64,000 nt of DNA from Candidatus Eiseniibacteriota bacterium (lineage in GTDB: Bacteria > Eisenbacteria > RBG-16-71-46), in assembly GCA_041483195.1 (NCBI GenBank), contig JBGPFC010000014.1, positions 1 through 64,000 of the forward strand, read 5' to 3'. The position numbers and the translations under genes are program-made. Below are positions 38,678-48,875 of this stretch, one piece after another (positions within the stretch are counted from its first letter, which is position 1; every line of letters begins with the position of its first letter). The notes below the pieces were generated by a model. The model was not told the DNA's origin. It did not search any database and saw nothing but the letters and a program-made list of their open reading frames with translations.

Positions 38678-40129
38678 ATGCCCCTCCGGATGAGGCGACT
38701 CGCGATCGCATCCGCCCTGTTCGCCATCATCGCCTCGACCCTGCTCGCCTCCTGCCGGCAGCGCCCCGCCGAGATCGCGCCGGCCCCCTCGCGGCCCGAG
38801 GAAGTGGATGGGTTCCTCGACACGCTCCAGCACCGGACGTTCCTCTATTTCTGGGAGCTCTCAGACACCACGCATGGCCTCACCCCCGACCGCGCGCCGA
38901 CCCGCTCGTTCGTGAGCACCGGCGCCATGGGGTTCGCGCTCACCGCCTACCCGATCGGCGCCGAGCACGGCTGGGTGTCGCGCGCGGCGGCGCGGGCGCG
39001 CGTGCTCGCCACGTTGCGCTTTCTGTGGACGGCTCCGCAGGACTCGACCGCGACCGCCACCGGGTATCGGGGTTTCTTCTACCACTTCCTCGATCCGGTC
39101 TCCGGCCGCCGCTTCGAGCGCGTCGAGCTTTCCACCATGGACACCGCGCTGCTGCTGGGCGGCGTGCTGTTCTGTCAATCCTACTTCGATCGCGCGGGCC
39201 CCGAAGAGTTCGCGGTGCGGGCGCTCGCCGACTCGATCGTGCGGCGAGTCGACTGGCGCTGGGCCCAGCCGCGGCCGCCGGTGATCGCGCTGGGCTGGAG
39301 CCCCGAAGAGGGCCACCTGCCATACGACTGGCGCGGCTACAACGAGAGCATGCTGCTCCACCTGCTGGCGCTCGGATCTGAGACCCACGCGGTCGGCCCC
39401 GAGACCTGGCACGCGTGGACCGCTGGCTACCGTTGGGGCTCGTTCGAGGGCCAGGAGCATCTGGGTTTCGCGCCGCTGTTCGGACACCAGTACTCCCACG
39501 TGTGGATCGACTTTCGAGGCATCCGCGATTCCGTGATGCGCGAGCGCGGCAGCGACTACTTCGAGAATTCGCGGCGCGCCACGCTGAGCCAGCGCGCGTA
39601 CGCGATCCACAATCCGGGCGGCTGGGCCGGCTACGGCGCCGACGCCTGGGGGCTCTCGGCATGCGACGGCCCGAAGGACACGACGCTGACGATCGGAGGC
39701 CGCCGGATTTCGCTCCACACCTACACGGCCCGCGGGGCGTCGTTCACCCGCATCGAGGACGACGGCACGATCGCGCCCACCGCGGCGGGCGGATCGGTCG
39801 CGTTCGCGCCCGAGATCGCGGTGCCGGTGCTGATGGCGATGCGCGCGCGCTGGGGCGACGACCTGTTCGGGCGATACGGATTCGTCGATGCGTTCAATCC
39901 AACGCTCAAGCAGCCCATGCCGATTCAGGCCGGCCGCATCGTTCCGGGCGTTGGCTGGTTCGACACCGACTACCTCGGCATCGACCAGGGCCCGATCCTC
40001 GCCATGGTCGAGAATCTCCGCACCGGGCTGGTGTGGGATCGCATGAAACGCAACCCGTACCTGGTGCGTGGCCTGCGGCGCGCGGGCTTCACCGGCGGCT
40101 GGCTCGAGCGCGCGCCGGCGACCCCGTGA
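38678..40129 (+). CDS. GH144-like (glycoamylase-domain) lipoprotein, putative endo-beta-1,2-glucanase
   Basis: LLASC lipobox; ELSTMDTALL, GYNES, PLFGHQYSH, WGLSAC, YGFVDAFN, IDQGP. Confidence 0.85.
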   Translation: MPLRMRRLAIASALFAIIASTLLASCRQRPAEIAPAPSRPEEVDGFLDTLQHRTFLYFWELSDTTHGLTPDRAPTRSFVSTGAMGFALTAYPIGAEHGWVSRAAARARVLATLRFLWTAPQDSTATATGYRGFFYHFLDPVSGRRFERVELSTMDTALLLGGVLFCQSYFDRAGPEEFAVRALADSIVRRVDWRWAQPRPPVIALGWSPEEGHLPYDWRGYNESMLLHLLALGSETHAVGPETWHAWTAGYRWGSFEGQEHLGFAPLFGHQYSHVWIDFRGIRDSVMRERGSDYFENSRRATLSQRAYAIHNPGGWAGYGADAWGLSACDGPKDTTLTIGGRRISLHTYTARGASFTRIEDDGTIAPTAAGGSVAFAPEIAVPVLMAMRARWGDDLFGRYGFVDAFNPTLKQPMPIQAGRIVPGVGWFDTDYLGIDQGPILAMVENLRTGLVWDRMKRNPYLVRGLRRAGFTGGWLERAPATP

Positions 40130-41424
40130 GATCGCGCGCGGTCGCGCCGGCCGCCGCGCTGCTGCTCGCCGGGTGCAGCTTCCTCGTCGCGGCGGGCTGC
40201 GCGCCGCGGGAGCGCGGCGTCACGCTGCGCTTCTGGGCGATGGGCCGCGAAGGCGAGGTGGTCGAGGAGCTGATCCACGACTTCGAGCGCGAGCAGCCCG
40301 GGATTCGCGTGGATGTGCAGCAGATTCCGTGGTCGGCGGCGCACGAGAAGTTGCTCACCGCGCACGTCGGCGGCTCGTCCCCCGATCTCGCGCAGCTCGG
40401 CAACACCTGGATCCCCGAGTTCGCTGCGCTCAACGCGCTTCATCCACTCGACGCGTACCTCGATCGCCCGAATACGCTCAAGCCCACCGACTTCTTCGCA
40501 GGGGCCTGGGACGGAAACGTCGTGGACGGCCGCACGCTCGGCATCCCATGGTACGTGGACACGCGCGTGCTCTTCTATCGAACCGACCTGCTGGCGAAGG
40601 CGGGCTGGGACTCCATGCCCACCACCTGGCCGGAGTGGCGGCGCGCCATGGAGGGCATCAAGCGCGTGGTCGGCCCCGATCGTTACGCGATCTTCCTGCC
40701 GCTCAACGAGTGGGATCCGGCCATGATCCTCGGGCTCCAGTCCGGCTCGTCCATCCTGCGCGAGGGCGACACGCGCGGGGCGTTCTCGGGGCCGGAGTTC
40801 CGGCGGGCGTTCGATTTCTACGTCGGGCTGTTTCGCGATCGACTGGCGCCGCCGCTTTCGAACAACGAGATCGCCAACATGTACCAGGAGTTCGAGCGCG
40901 GCTACTTCGCGATGACGATCACCGGTCCGTGGAATCTCGGTGAGTTCCGGCGACGGCTCTCCCCCGATGCGCAGTCGCGCTGGTGCACGGCGCCGCTCCC
41001 CGGACCCGATGGCCCCGGCCTCTCGATGGCCGGCGGCTCCTCGCTCGTGATGTTCAAGCGCACGCGCCACCCGGAGGAGGTGTGGCGGCTGATCACGTTC
41101 CTGTCGCGCCCCGAGCAGCAGGTGCGGTTCTATCGGCTGACGGGCGATCTGCCCCCGCGAGCCGAAGCCTGGCGCGATCCGGCGCTCGTCGAGGACCCGT
41201 GCACGCGCGCCTTCGGCGAACAGCTGACCCGCATGGCGCCGTGGCCCAAGGTGCCGGAGTGGGAGCCGATCGCGATGCGGCTCCAGGATTGGATGGAGCG
41301 CGCGGTGCGGGGCCACGTGAGCCCGGAGGACGCCCTGGTCGGAATGGACCGCGAGGTGGACCTCATGCTCGAGAAGCGGCGCTGGATGGTGGAGCGGCGC
41401 CGGCACGATAAAGGCGCGCCTTGA
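40126..41424 (+). CDS. Sugar ABC transporter substrate-binding lipoprotein
   Basis: GTGA overlap; VAAGC; VQQIPW, PDLAQLG, IPWYVDTRVLFYR. Confidence 0.9.
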   Translation: MRSRAVAPAAALLLAGCSFLVAAGCAPRERGVTLRFWAMGREGEVVEELIHDFEREQPGIRVDVQQIPWSAAHEKLLTAHVGGSSPDLAQLGNTWIPEFAALNALHPLDAYLDRPNTLKPTDFFAGAWDGNVVDGRTLGIPWYVDTRVLFYRTDLLAKAGWDSMPTTWPEWRRAMEGIKRVVGPDRYAIFLPLNEWDPAMILGLQSGSSILREGDTRGAFSGPEFRRAFDFYVGLFRDRLAPPLSNNEIANMYQEFERGYFAMTITGPWNLGEFRRRLSPDAQSRWCTAPLPGPDGPGLSMAGGSSLVMFKRTRHPEEVWRLITFLSRPEQQVRFYRLTGDLPPRAEAWRDPALVEDPCTRAFGEQLTRMAPWPKVPEWEPIAMRLQDWMERAVRGHVSPEDALVGMDREVDLMLEKRRWMVERRRHDKGAP

Positions 41425-42314
41425 AGCGCGAAGCTCTGCAGCGACAGGGCGGTGCGGCCTGGGGATTCCTCACCCCGGCGATCGCGCTGATCGCGGTGTT
41501 CTTCGTGGTTCCGGTCGTGACCGGGCTGGTGCTGAGCTTCACCGACTTCGACATCTACGCCCTCGGCGATCCATCGGCCTCGCGCTGGATCGGCGCCCGC
41601 AACTACGCGCGGATGCTGACCGACCCCGAGTTCTGGAACGCGCTCCGCAACACGTTCGTGTACGTGCTGGTCGGGACACCGTTGTCGGTGGCGGTCTCGC
41701 TCGCGGCCGCGCTGCTCGTCAACGCGCGACTCGCGCGCTGGAAGCCGATCTACCGGGTGGTGTTCTACATGCCGGTCGTCACCACGCTGGTGGCGGTCGC
41801 GATCGTGTGGCGATACCTCTACCACCCGCGCTACGGGCTCATCGACTCGGCGCTCGCCGCCGTCGGGGTGCGCGGCCCCGACTGGCTGGGCGATCCGCAC
41901 TACGCCCTGTTCGCCATCATCCTGCTCGCGGTGTGGAAGAACTTCGGCTACAACATGCTCATCTTCGTGGCCGGGCTCCAGAGCATTCCGCTCGAACAGT
42001 ACGAGGCCGCGCGCCTCGACGGCGCGAGCGGATGGCGTCAGTTCCGGCACATCACCCTGCCCTCGCTGGGGCCCACCTTCCTGTTCGTCGGCATCAACAC
42101 CATGGTGGCGAGCTTCCAGCTGTTCCCGGAGCCGTACGTCATGACCCAGGGCGGGCCGCTGCGCAGCACCGTCAGCATCGTGCTGCTCATGTACGAGCAG
42201 GGCTTCCGGTGGTGGCGGCTCGGCCTCGCCTCCTCCATCGCCTTCCTGCTGTTCGGCCTGATGCTGATCGGGGCGCTGATCCAGCTGCGACTCCAGAAGG
42301 GGCGTGAAGCGTGA
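41421..42314 (+). CDS. Sugar ABC permease (MalF-like)
   Basis: AGLQSIP..YEAARLDGA EAA motif. Confidence 0.93.
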   Translation: MKREALQRQGGAAWGFLTPAIALIAVFFVVPVVTGLVLSFTDFDIYALGDPSASRWIGARNYARMLTDPEFWNALRNTFVYVLVGTPLSVAVSLAAALLVNARLARWKPIYRVVFYMPVVTTLVAVAIVWRYLYHPRYGLIDSALAAVGVRGPDWLGDPHYALFAIILLAVWKNFGYNMLIFVAGLQSIPLEQYEAARLDGASGWRQFRHITLPSLGPTFLFVGINTMVASFQLFPEPYVMTQGGPLRSTVSIVLLMYEQGFRWWRLGLASSIAFLLFGLMLIGALIQLRLQKGREA

Positions 42315-43132
42315 AGCGGACGTTCCCGGCGCTCGCCGTCAACGTGACGCTCGCGGCCGCGGCGCTCCTGACCCTGGCGCCGCTGCTGTGGATGGTGTCC
42401 GCTTCGCTCATGCCCGCCGGCGAGGCGAATCGGTTCCCGCCCCTGCTGGTGCCGACCCGCCCGACGCTGGCGCACTACGTCGAGCTCTTCACCCGCCTCG
42501 ATCTGGGCCGCAATTTCGCGAACAGCCTGCTGATCACCGTGGTGACCACCTTCATATCGGTGCTCCTGAACGCGATGGCGGGATACGCGTTCGCCAAGCT
42601 CCGATTCCGCGGCCGCGATGCGCTCTTCCAGTCCCTGCTCGGCGCGCTCGTGATTCCCACCCAGGTCGGCATGCTGCCGCTGTTCCTGTTGCTCCAGCGT
42701 CTCGGACTCGTCAACACCATGGCGGGCGTCATGGTCCCCTACCTGTGCAGCGTGTTCGGGATCTTCATGGTGCGGCAGTACGCGCTCTCGATCCCCGACG
42801 AGCTGCTCGACGCCGCGCGGATCGACGGAGCTTCGGAGCGCCGCATCTTCTGGTCCGTGGTGCTGCCGATGCTCCAGCCGATTCTCGCGGTGCAGGCGGC
42901 TTTCAATTTCCTCAGCACCTGGAACGACTTCCTGTGGCCGCTGATCATTCTCTCCGACGAGAAACACTTCACCCTCCCGGTCGCGCTCGCGAGCCTGGTC
43001 GGCGAGCACGTCCAGGACACCGAGCTGATGATGGCCGGCGCGGTCCTCACGGTGCTGCCGGTGATCGCGCTGTTCCTGGCGCTCCAGCGCTTCTACGTCG
43101 AGGGGATCACGATGGGGAGCACCAAGGGGTGA
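42311..43132 (+). CDS. Sugar ABC permease (MalG-like)
   Basis: IPDELLDAARIDGA, WNDFLWPL. Confidence 0.93.
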   Translation: MKRTFPALAVNVTLAAAALLTLAPLLWMVSASLMPAGEANRFPPLLVPTRPTLAHYVELFTRLDLGRNFANSLLITVVTTFISVLLNAMAGYAFAKLRFRGRDALFQSLLGALVIPTQVGMLPLFLLLQRLGLVNTMAGVMVPYLCSVFGIFMVRQYALSIPDELLDAARIDGASERRIFWSVVLPMLQPILAVQAAFNFLSTWNDFLWPLIILSDEKHFTLPVALASLVGEHVQDTELMMAGAVLTVLPVIALFLALQRFYVEGITMGSTKG

Positions 43133-46100
43133 TCGCGCGGGGCGCGATCGCGGCGGCGATCCCCTGGCTGGCCGTGGGCGCCGCGGCCATGGGGCCGGCG
43201 CTCCCGGCCGGCACAGGGCCCCGCGTGCTCGATCCTTTCGAGGATTCCGCGGCCTGGACCTCTCTGCCTGCCAGCGGCGTGATCATGAAGCTCTCGACAG
43301 AGCCGGGCGAGACCGGTCGCGCCCTGCGCGTCGACTTCGACTTCCAGAAGGGCGGCGGCTACGCGGTGCTCCATCGCGCGCTCGACCTCGCGCTGCCCGC
43401 CAACTATCGCTTCACGGTGCGGGTGCGTGGGGCGACCGCTCCGCAGAATTTCGAGTTGAAGCTGATCGACGCCGGCGGCGAGAACGTGTGGTGGAAGAAT
43501 CGCCGCGACTTCGTATTTCCCCGCGATTGGGAGACGGTCGCGACCCGGAAGCGGCAGATCGAGTTCGCATGGGGCCCGGAGGGCGGCGGCGAGCTGCGCC
43601 GCGTCGCCGCGATCGAGTTCGCGATCACCGCCGGCAGCGGCGGCAAGGGAACGGTCTGGCTCGACGAGCTGACGTTCGAGGAGCTGCCGCCGCCGAGCGC
43701 GACGCCGCCGGCGATCGTGGCGAGCGCATCCTCGGAGCTTCGAGGGGGCGCCGCCGGCCGCGCGGTCGATGGAGACTCGGCGACGGCGTGGCGCGCCGCG
43801 CCGGGAACGGGCGGCGCGTGGCTCGCGCTCGATCTCGGCATCGTGCGCGAGTTCGGCGGCCTCGTGCTCGACTGGGGCCCCGCGGGACGACTCTCCGACT
43901 ACGACGTGCGCATCGCCAGCGAGCCGGATCGATTCACCACGGTGCGGCGTGTCCGGGCCGGGAGCGGCGAGCGCGACTGGCTCTGGCTGCCCGACTGCGA
44001 GGCGCGCTGGATCCGCATCGAGGCCGCTGGCCCCGCGCCTCCGAGGCTCGAGCTGCGCGAGGTCGCGCTCCAGCCGATCGAATTCGGCAGCTCCATGAAT
44101 CGCTTCTACGAGGCGATCGCGAAGGCGAGTCGTCGCGGACTCTATCCGCGCGGTATCCGCGGTGAGATGCAGCTCTGGACCGTGCTGGGCACGAACGGTG
44201 GGCGCGCGAAGTGCCTGCTCTCGGAAGACGGGGCGATCGATCTCGGCGCCGGGCGGCCCTCGGTGGAGCCCTTCCTCTGGTCCGGCGATCGGTTGTGGAC
44301 ATGGGCCGACGTGAAGAGCCAACAGGATCTGATGGACGATCGGTTGCCACTGCCGCGCGTCACGTGGCGCGGGGCCGAGGTGGAGCTCGAGGTGCAGGTG
44401 GCGATGGCGCCCTCGCACGGCCGAGGCGAGCAACTGTGGGCGCGCTATCGTGTGCTCAATCGTTCCGACCAGCGCCGCGCGGGCAAGCTCTTCCTCGCGA
44501 TCCGCCCGTTTCAGGTCAATCCCCCGGCGCAGTTCCTCAACACACCGGGGGGCGTCTGCGATCTGCGCGAGTTCTACCGCGACATGGGCATCGTCGCGAT
44601 CGACACCGTCGCGAGCCTCGTTTGGTGGTCATACCCCACGCTCGACTCGTTCGGCGCCGCAGCGTTCGACGATGGCGACATCACGCGATTCCTCGCGGAG
44701 GGCCAAGTGCCGCGCCGCCAGGCGGTGCGGGATTCGTTCGGCCACGCCTCGGCGGCACTCGCCTATCCCTACGATCTCGCTCCGGGGGACTCGCTCGTGG
44801 TCCAAGTCACCTGCCCCATCTTCGGGCGTCTCTCGGGCCCACGCTTCGACTTCGGCAGACCCTGGCCGGAAGAGCACACCGCCGACAGCATGGCCGTGCA
44901 ATGGCGGCGCGACCTGGGCCCCGCGAGCGTGTCGCTGCCGCCTTCGGCGCGCGAGGTGGAACGCACGCTCGCCGCGCAGATCGGGTGGATCGAGGTGAAC
45001 CGCGACGGCGCCGCCCTCCAACCCGGCTCGCGCGCATACTCGCGCTCGTGGATCCGCGACGGCGCCCTCACGTCGTCGGCGCTCCTGCGGTGGGGACGCC
45101 ACGATGAGGTGAAGGCGTTTCTCGATTGGTTCGCGCCTTATCAATACGCCGACGGCAAGGTGCCATGCTGCGTGGACCGCCGCGGCTCCGATCCGGTGCC
45201 GGAACACGACAGCCACGGCGAGTTCATCTACCTCGCCGCCGAGTATTTCCGCCACACCTCGGACCGCGCGACGATCGAGAGACTCTGGCCGCGCATCGAG
45301 CGCGCTGCGGCCTACCTCGACAGCCTGCGATCGCAGCGGCGGGGCGCCGAGTGGCGCACGCCCGCGCGGCGCGAATTCTTCGGCATCCTGCCGCCCTCGA
45401 TCAGCCACGAGGGCTACTCCGCGAAGCCCATGCACTCGTACTGGGACGACTTCTGGGCGCTGCGCGGCTACGAGGACGCGGTGTTCCTCGCGCGGACGCT
45501 GGGCGACACCGCCGGCGCGCGCCGGCTCGAAGCATCACGCGTCGCCTTCCGCCGCGATCTCGCGGCATCGATCGCGGCAGCTTGCGCGAGGCACCGGATC
45601 CCGTACGTGCCGGGCTGCGCCGACCTCGGGGATTTCGACGCCACCTCCACCACCATCGCGCTGTCGCCGGTTCAGTGCGGCGGCCTCGCGCCGCCCGGCG
45701 CGATCGAGGCCACCTTCGAGCGCTACTGGGATTTCTTCACGAAGCGGCGTGACGGGATCGAGAGCTGGGAAGCCTTCACTCCCTACGAGATCCGCAACAT
45801 CGGCGCCTTCGTGCGGCTCGGCTGGCGCGAGCGCGCGCACCAGCTGCTGGCGTGGTTTCTCGATCACCGCTCTCCGCCCGGGTGGGCGCAGTGGGCCGAG
45901 GTGGTGTGGAACGCGCCGCCCGCCGCGCGCTTCATCGGAGACCTCCCCCACACCTGGGTGGGCTCCGACTTCGTGCGCTCGGTGCTCGACATGCTCGCCT
46001 ACGAGCGCGAACGGGACGACGCGCTGGTGGTGGGAGCCGGCGTTTCCGAGGCGTGGGTGCGTGAAGCGCCGGGCGTTTCGGTACGAGACCTCGACACCTG

Positions 46101-46317
46101 GTACGGACCGCTCTCCTATCGCATGACCGGGGAGGGCGCGGGGATTCGGGTGGAGATCGACTCCGGCCCGCGCGTCCCGCGCGGCGGCATCGTGGTCGCT
46201 CCACCGGGCGTGACGCCGCGCTGGCGCGCCAGCTTGAATGGCCATCCGGCGGTCGTGACCGCGCGGGGCGAAGTGATGGTGCGCGCGCTGCCCGCGAGCG
46301 TGATGCTGACGCCCTGA
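43129..46317 (+). CDS. Secreted multidomain protein: galactose-binding-like CBM, discoidin (F5/8C) and (alpha/alpha)6 glycoside-hydrolase-like domain
   Basis: AVDGDSATAW, LDLG; YSRSWIRDGA, EHDSHGE, HSYWDDFW, DLPHTW. Confidence 0.75.
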   Translation: MIARGAIAAAIPWLAVGAAAMGPALPAGTGPRVLDPFEDSAAWTSLPASGVIMKLSTEPGETGRALRVDFDFQKGGGYAVLHRALDLALPANYRFTVRVRGATAPQNFELKLIDAGGENVWWKNRRDFVFPRDWETVATRKRQIEFAWGPEGGGELRRVAAIEFAITAGSGGKGTVWLDELTFEELPPPSATPPAIVASASSELRGGAAGRAVDGDSATAWRAAPGTGGAWLALDLGIVREFGGLVLDWGPAGRLSDYDVRIASEPDRFTTVRRVRAGSGERDWLWLPDCEARWIRIEAAGPAPPRLELREVALQPIEFGSSMNRFYEAIAKASRRGLYPRGIRGEMQLWTVLGTNGGRAKCLLSEDGAIDLGAGRPSVEPFLWSGDRLWTWADVKSQQDLMDDRLPLPRVTWRGAEVELEVQVAMAPSHGRGEQLWARYRVLNRSDQRRAGKLFLAIRPFQVNPPAQFLNTPGGVCDLREFYRDMGIVAIDTVASLVWWSYPTLDSFGAAAFDDGDITRFLAEGQVPRRQAVRDSFGHASAALAYPYDLAPGDSLVVQVTCPIFGRLSGPRFDFGRPWPEEHTADSMAVQWRRDLGPASVSLPPSAREVERTLAAQIGWIEVNRDGAALQPGSRAYSRSWIRDGALTSSALLRWGRHDEVKAFLDWFAPYQYADGKVPCCVDRRGSDPVPEHDSHGEFIYLAAEYFRHTSDRATIERLWPRIERAAAYLDSLRSQRRGAEWRTPARREFFGILPPSISHEGYSAKPMHSYWDDFWALRGYEDAVFLARTLGDTAGARRLEASRVAFRRDLAASIAAACARHRIPYVPGCADLGDFDATSTTIALSPVQCGGLAPPGAIEATFERYWDFFTKRRDGIESWEAFTPYEIRNIGAFVRLGWRERAHQLLAWFLDHRSPPGWAQWAEVVWNAPPAARFIGDLPHTWVGSDFVRSVLDMLAYERERDDALVVGAGVSEAWVREAPGVSVRDLDTWYGPLSYRMTGEGAGIRVEIDSGPRVPRGGIVVAPPGVTPRWRASLNGHPAVVTARGEVMVRALPASVMLTP

Positions 46318-46328
46318 AGCGGCGGCGA

Positions 46329-47705
46329 TCAGCGGGCCGGCGCGACCTCGAGCTTCCCGATCGATGCGCCGTTGGTGCGGATCGCCTCGCGATACCAGCC
46401 GGCGCTCGCCTTGGGCGTGCGCTCCAGCGTATCGAAGTTCACGTGCACCAGCCCGAAGCGCTTGGAAAAACCGGCCGACCATTCGAGGTTGTCCATCAGC
46501 GACCACACGAAAAACCCGCGAAGGTCCACGCCCCGTCCGATCGCCCGCCTGGCGGCGAGCAGGTGGTCGCGCAGATAGCTCACCCGCAGCGGATCGTCGA
46601 CCCTGCCCCCCTCCGCACGCGGCGGATCCGCGAAAGCCGCGCCGTTCTCCATGACGTAGAGCGGCACGTCGCCATAGCGCTCCTTCACCCAGACGAGGCA
46701 GCGCTCGAAGCTCGGCGCGTGCACCTCCCAGCCGGCCTCGGTGACGAGGGCGCCCGGCACCGGCACCGGCTTCGCGCGATCGGGCCAGGCATGAGGATCG
46801 TCGGCCACCACTTTTCGCTGGTAGTAGTTGACCCCGACCCAGTCGAGCGGCTCGCACGCCGAGGCGATGCCGTCCTCGGCCTCGGCCGGCCACGCCTCGC
46901 CGTAAAGCTCCGCGAGACCCGCGGGCCAGCGGCCGAGCAGCGCCGGCTCGAGGTACTGGCGGTTGAAGTACACGTCGGCGCGCTCGACCGCGGCCGCGTC
47001 GGCTGGACTCGGGCTCGCCGGGTCCTTGGGCTCGAGATTGACGACCAGTCCGACCCGGCCCTTCACGCCGCTCGCGCGGAGCGCGCGCACCGCGGCCCCG
47101 TGCCCGAGCATCAGGTGGCGCGCGACCCGCGGGGCCTCGAACAGGTTCCGGTGCCCGGGTGCGTTGCAGCCGGTGACGTAGCCGTCGTGGCAGATGACCC
47201 ACGGCTCGTTCAGCGTCGCCCACATCGCGACCCGATCCCCGAGCCGCTCCGCAACGACCCGCGCGTAGTCCGCGAACCAGTCGACGATCTCGGGGTTCAG
47301 CCACGCGCCGACATCGTCGAGCGCCGCCGGCAGGTCCCAGTGGTAGAGCGTGAGATTGGGAGCGATCCCCGCCTCGAGCAGCGCGTCCACCAGCCGCTCG
47401 TAGAAATCGAGCCCCCTGGCGTTCACCCGGCCGCGCCCCTCCGGCATCACGCGCGACCACGACACCGAGAAGCGGTAGCTCTGGAGGCCGAGCGACTTCA
47501 TCAGCCCGACGTCATCGCGCCAGCGCCGGTAGTGATCGCACGCCACGTCGGCGCGGGCCCCGCTCGACGTGCGGCCGGGCGTGTGGGAGAAGCGGTGCCA
47601 GTTGCTCGGCCCCGCGCCGTCGGCCAGCGGCGAGCCTTCGATCTGGTACGCGGAGGTCGCGGCGCCCCACAGAAAGCCGGCGGGAAACGTGGTGGGTTCG
47701 ATCAA
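46329..47705 (-). CDS. GH1 beta-glucosidase (start uncertain, 47705 or 47777)
   Basis: FLWGAATSAYQIEG, TLYHWDLP, TLNEP acid/base, YVMENG nucleophile, WSLMDNLEW. Confidence 0.95.
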   Translation of the reverse strand: MIEPTTFPAGFLWGAATSAYQIEGSPLADGAGPSNWHRFSHTPGRTSSGARADVACDHYRRWRDDVGLMKSLGLQSYRFSVSWSRVMPEGRGRVNARGLDFYERLVDALLEAGIAPNLTLYHWDLPAALDDVGAWLNPEIVDWFADYARVVAERLGDRVAMWATLNEPWVICHDGYVTGCNAPGHRNLFEAPRVARHLMLGHGAAVRALRASGVKGRVGLVVNLEPKDPASPSPADAAAVERADVYFNRQYLEPALLGRWPAGLAELYGEAWPAEAEDGIASACEPLDWVGVNYYQRKVVADDPHAWPDRAKPVPVPGALVTEAGWEVHAPSFERCLVWVKERYGDVPLYVMENGAAFADPPRAEGGRVDDPLRVSYLRDHLLAARRAIGRGVDLRGFFVWSLMDNLEWSAGFSKRFGLVHVNFDTLERTPKASAGWYREAIRTNGASIGKLEVAPAR

Positions 47706-47792
47706 GGGGTCGTGCCTCCTGGCGATTCCGCTTGCGCGCGTCCCTCGCGCGCCGTCGCACGATGCCGCACCCGGCATCGGTCGCTCAAGCGA

Positions 47793-47824
47793 AGCGGGCG
47801 CCCGGCGAACGCCGGGTGCCCGCT
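47793..47824 (-). terminator. GC-rich hairpin downstream of the 47892 gene
   Basis: agcgggcgcccggcg-aa-cgccgggtgcccgct; weak U-tract. Confidence 0.45.
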
Positions 47825-47891
47825 GACTTTCATACTGCGATGACGACGATTCTAATGGTACAGAATCTCGATGCTTTCCGTACCTCCGTCG

Positions 47892-48746
47892 TTACGCCGC
47901 CAGACTCCGCCGGCGATTGACGAGGACCGCCGATCCCATCCCCAGCAGCACGACGACGCAAACGACCAGGCCCCACGTTCCCAGGCCCGGACCGTCGGCG
48001 AGATTGCTGTACTCGATGTTCGTCCACGTGGCGTTGTAGCCAGAGCCACCGCTGCCGTTGTTCACCTGCACCACACCGCCGGCGTGCGCCGGGTTGAGCG
48101 CGCCCCAGAGTCCGTGCGGCGGATTCTCGGACGGATTGCCCTGATCGAATGGCAACAGCGGGCTCGAGTAGCTGTTCGAGCCGTAGGTCAGCCGGTACTG
48201 GATCTTCGCGGGATCCGCCCCGGTGAGCGCGTGAGCCTGGTATTCGATCTCCAACGTGATCGGCGTGCCGGCGACGTAGACCACGCCGTTGCTCGCCGTG
48301 AAGCTGTAGAACGGAAGCCGGCCGCCGAAGCAGGCGACTTCGCCATCGGGAATACGCGCCTGGAATCGGCCGTCCGTCGCGCTCCACCACGGCGCGAGTT
48401 GGATCCCACCCTCGACCGTGCCGGTGCCCGTGAGCGTGACGGTCGCTTTGAACTTGTAGTTGCCGGCGTTACCGAGGTTGAGCGACGTCGCGCCGCCATC
48501 CCCGCTGAAGGTCCATGCGTGGAGGTTGGCAAACCCAACGCAAAGCCCATTCCACGAATCGGTGATGGACAGCGAGGCCGGGTAGTTGTTCACGGTGGTG
48601 ACAGTCGAGAGCGGGCAGTCGTTGTAGATCCGCTCGACGACCCTGATTGAGTTCGGCGGAGGAGCCGCCGACACCGAGGTCGCAATGCTCACGACCAGTG
48701 CGAGTGCCGCAAGAAACGCCAGGCTGGAGTGACCGATCCGCCTCAT
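47892..48746 (-). CDS. Secreted protein with C-terminal IPTL-CTERM-like sorting signal
   Basis: Signal peptide; C-terminus GPGLGTWGLVVCVVVLLGMGSAVLVNRRRSLAA. Confidence 0.7.
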   Translation of the reverse strand: MRRIGHSSLAFLAALALVVSIATSVSAAPPPNSIRVVERIYNDCPLSTVTTVNNYPASLSITDSWNGLCVGFANLHAWTFSGDGGATSLNLGNAGNYKFKATVTLTGTGTVEGGIQLAPWWSATDGRFQARIPDGEVACFGGRLPFYSFTASNGVVYVAGTPITLEIEYQAHALTGADPAKIQYRLTYGSNSYSSPLLPFDQGNPSENPPHGLWGALNPAHAGGVVQVNNGSGGSGYNATWTNIEYSNLADGPGLGTWGLVVCVVVLLGMGSAVLVNRRRSLAA

Positions 48747-48839
48747 GATGTGTGCCTCCGGGGTAGTGGTGTCTCGCTTCGTCGCGGATCCGACGAACAC
48801 AAGGTGCTTTGCGCTGCGGTCGCGCAAGGCGACCGGCCT

Positions 48840-48875
48840 GTGAAAACCTTTTCATAAGCCAATCATGCGCGTCAA
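48840..48875 (-). promoter_or_regulatory. Promoter with LacI-type operator
   Basis: Minus strand TTGACG-N14-ATGAAAAGGTTTTCAC, same geometry as the 38.5-kb sites. Confidence 0.55.

Noticed and set aside
26726..40129. Starch-degrading glucoamylases
   Set aside because: Motifs fit the GH144-type glycoamylase domain rather than GH15, and the GH1 context points to beta-glucans
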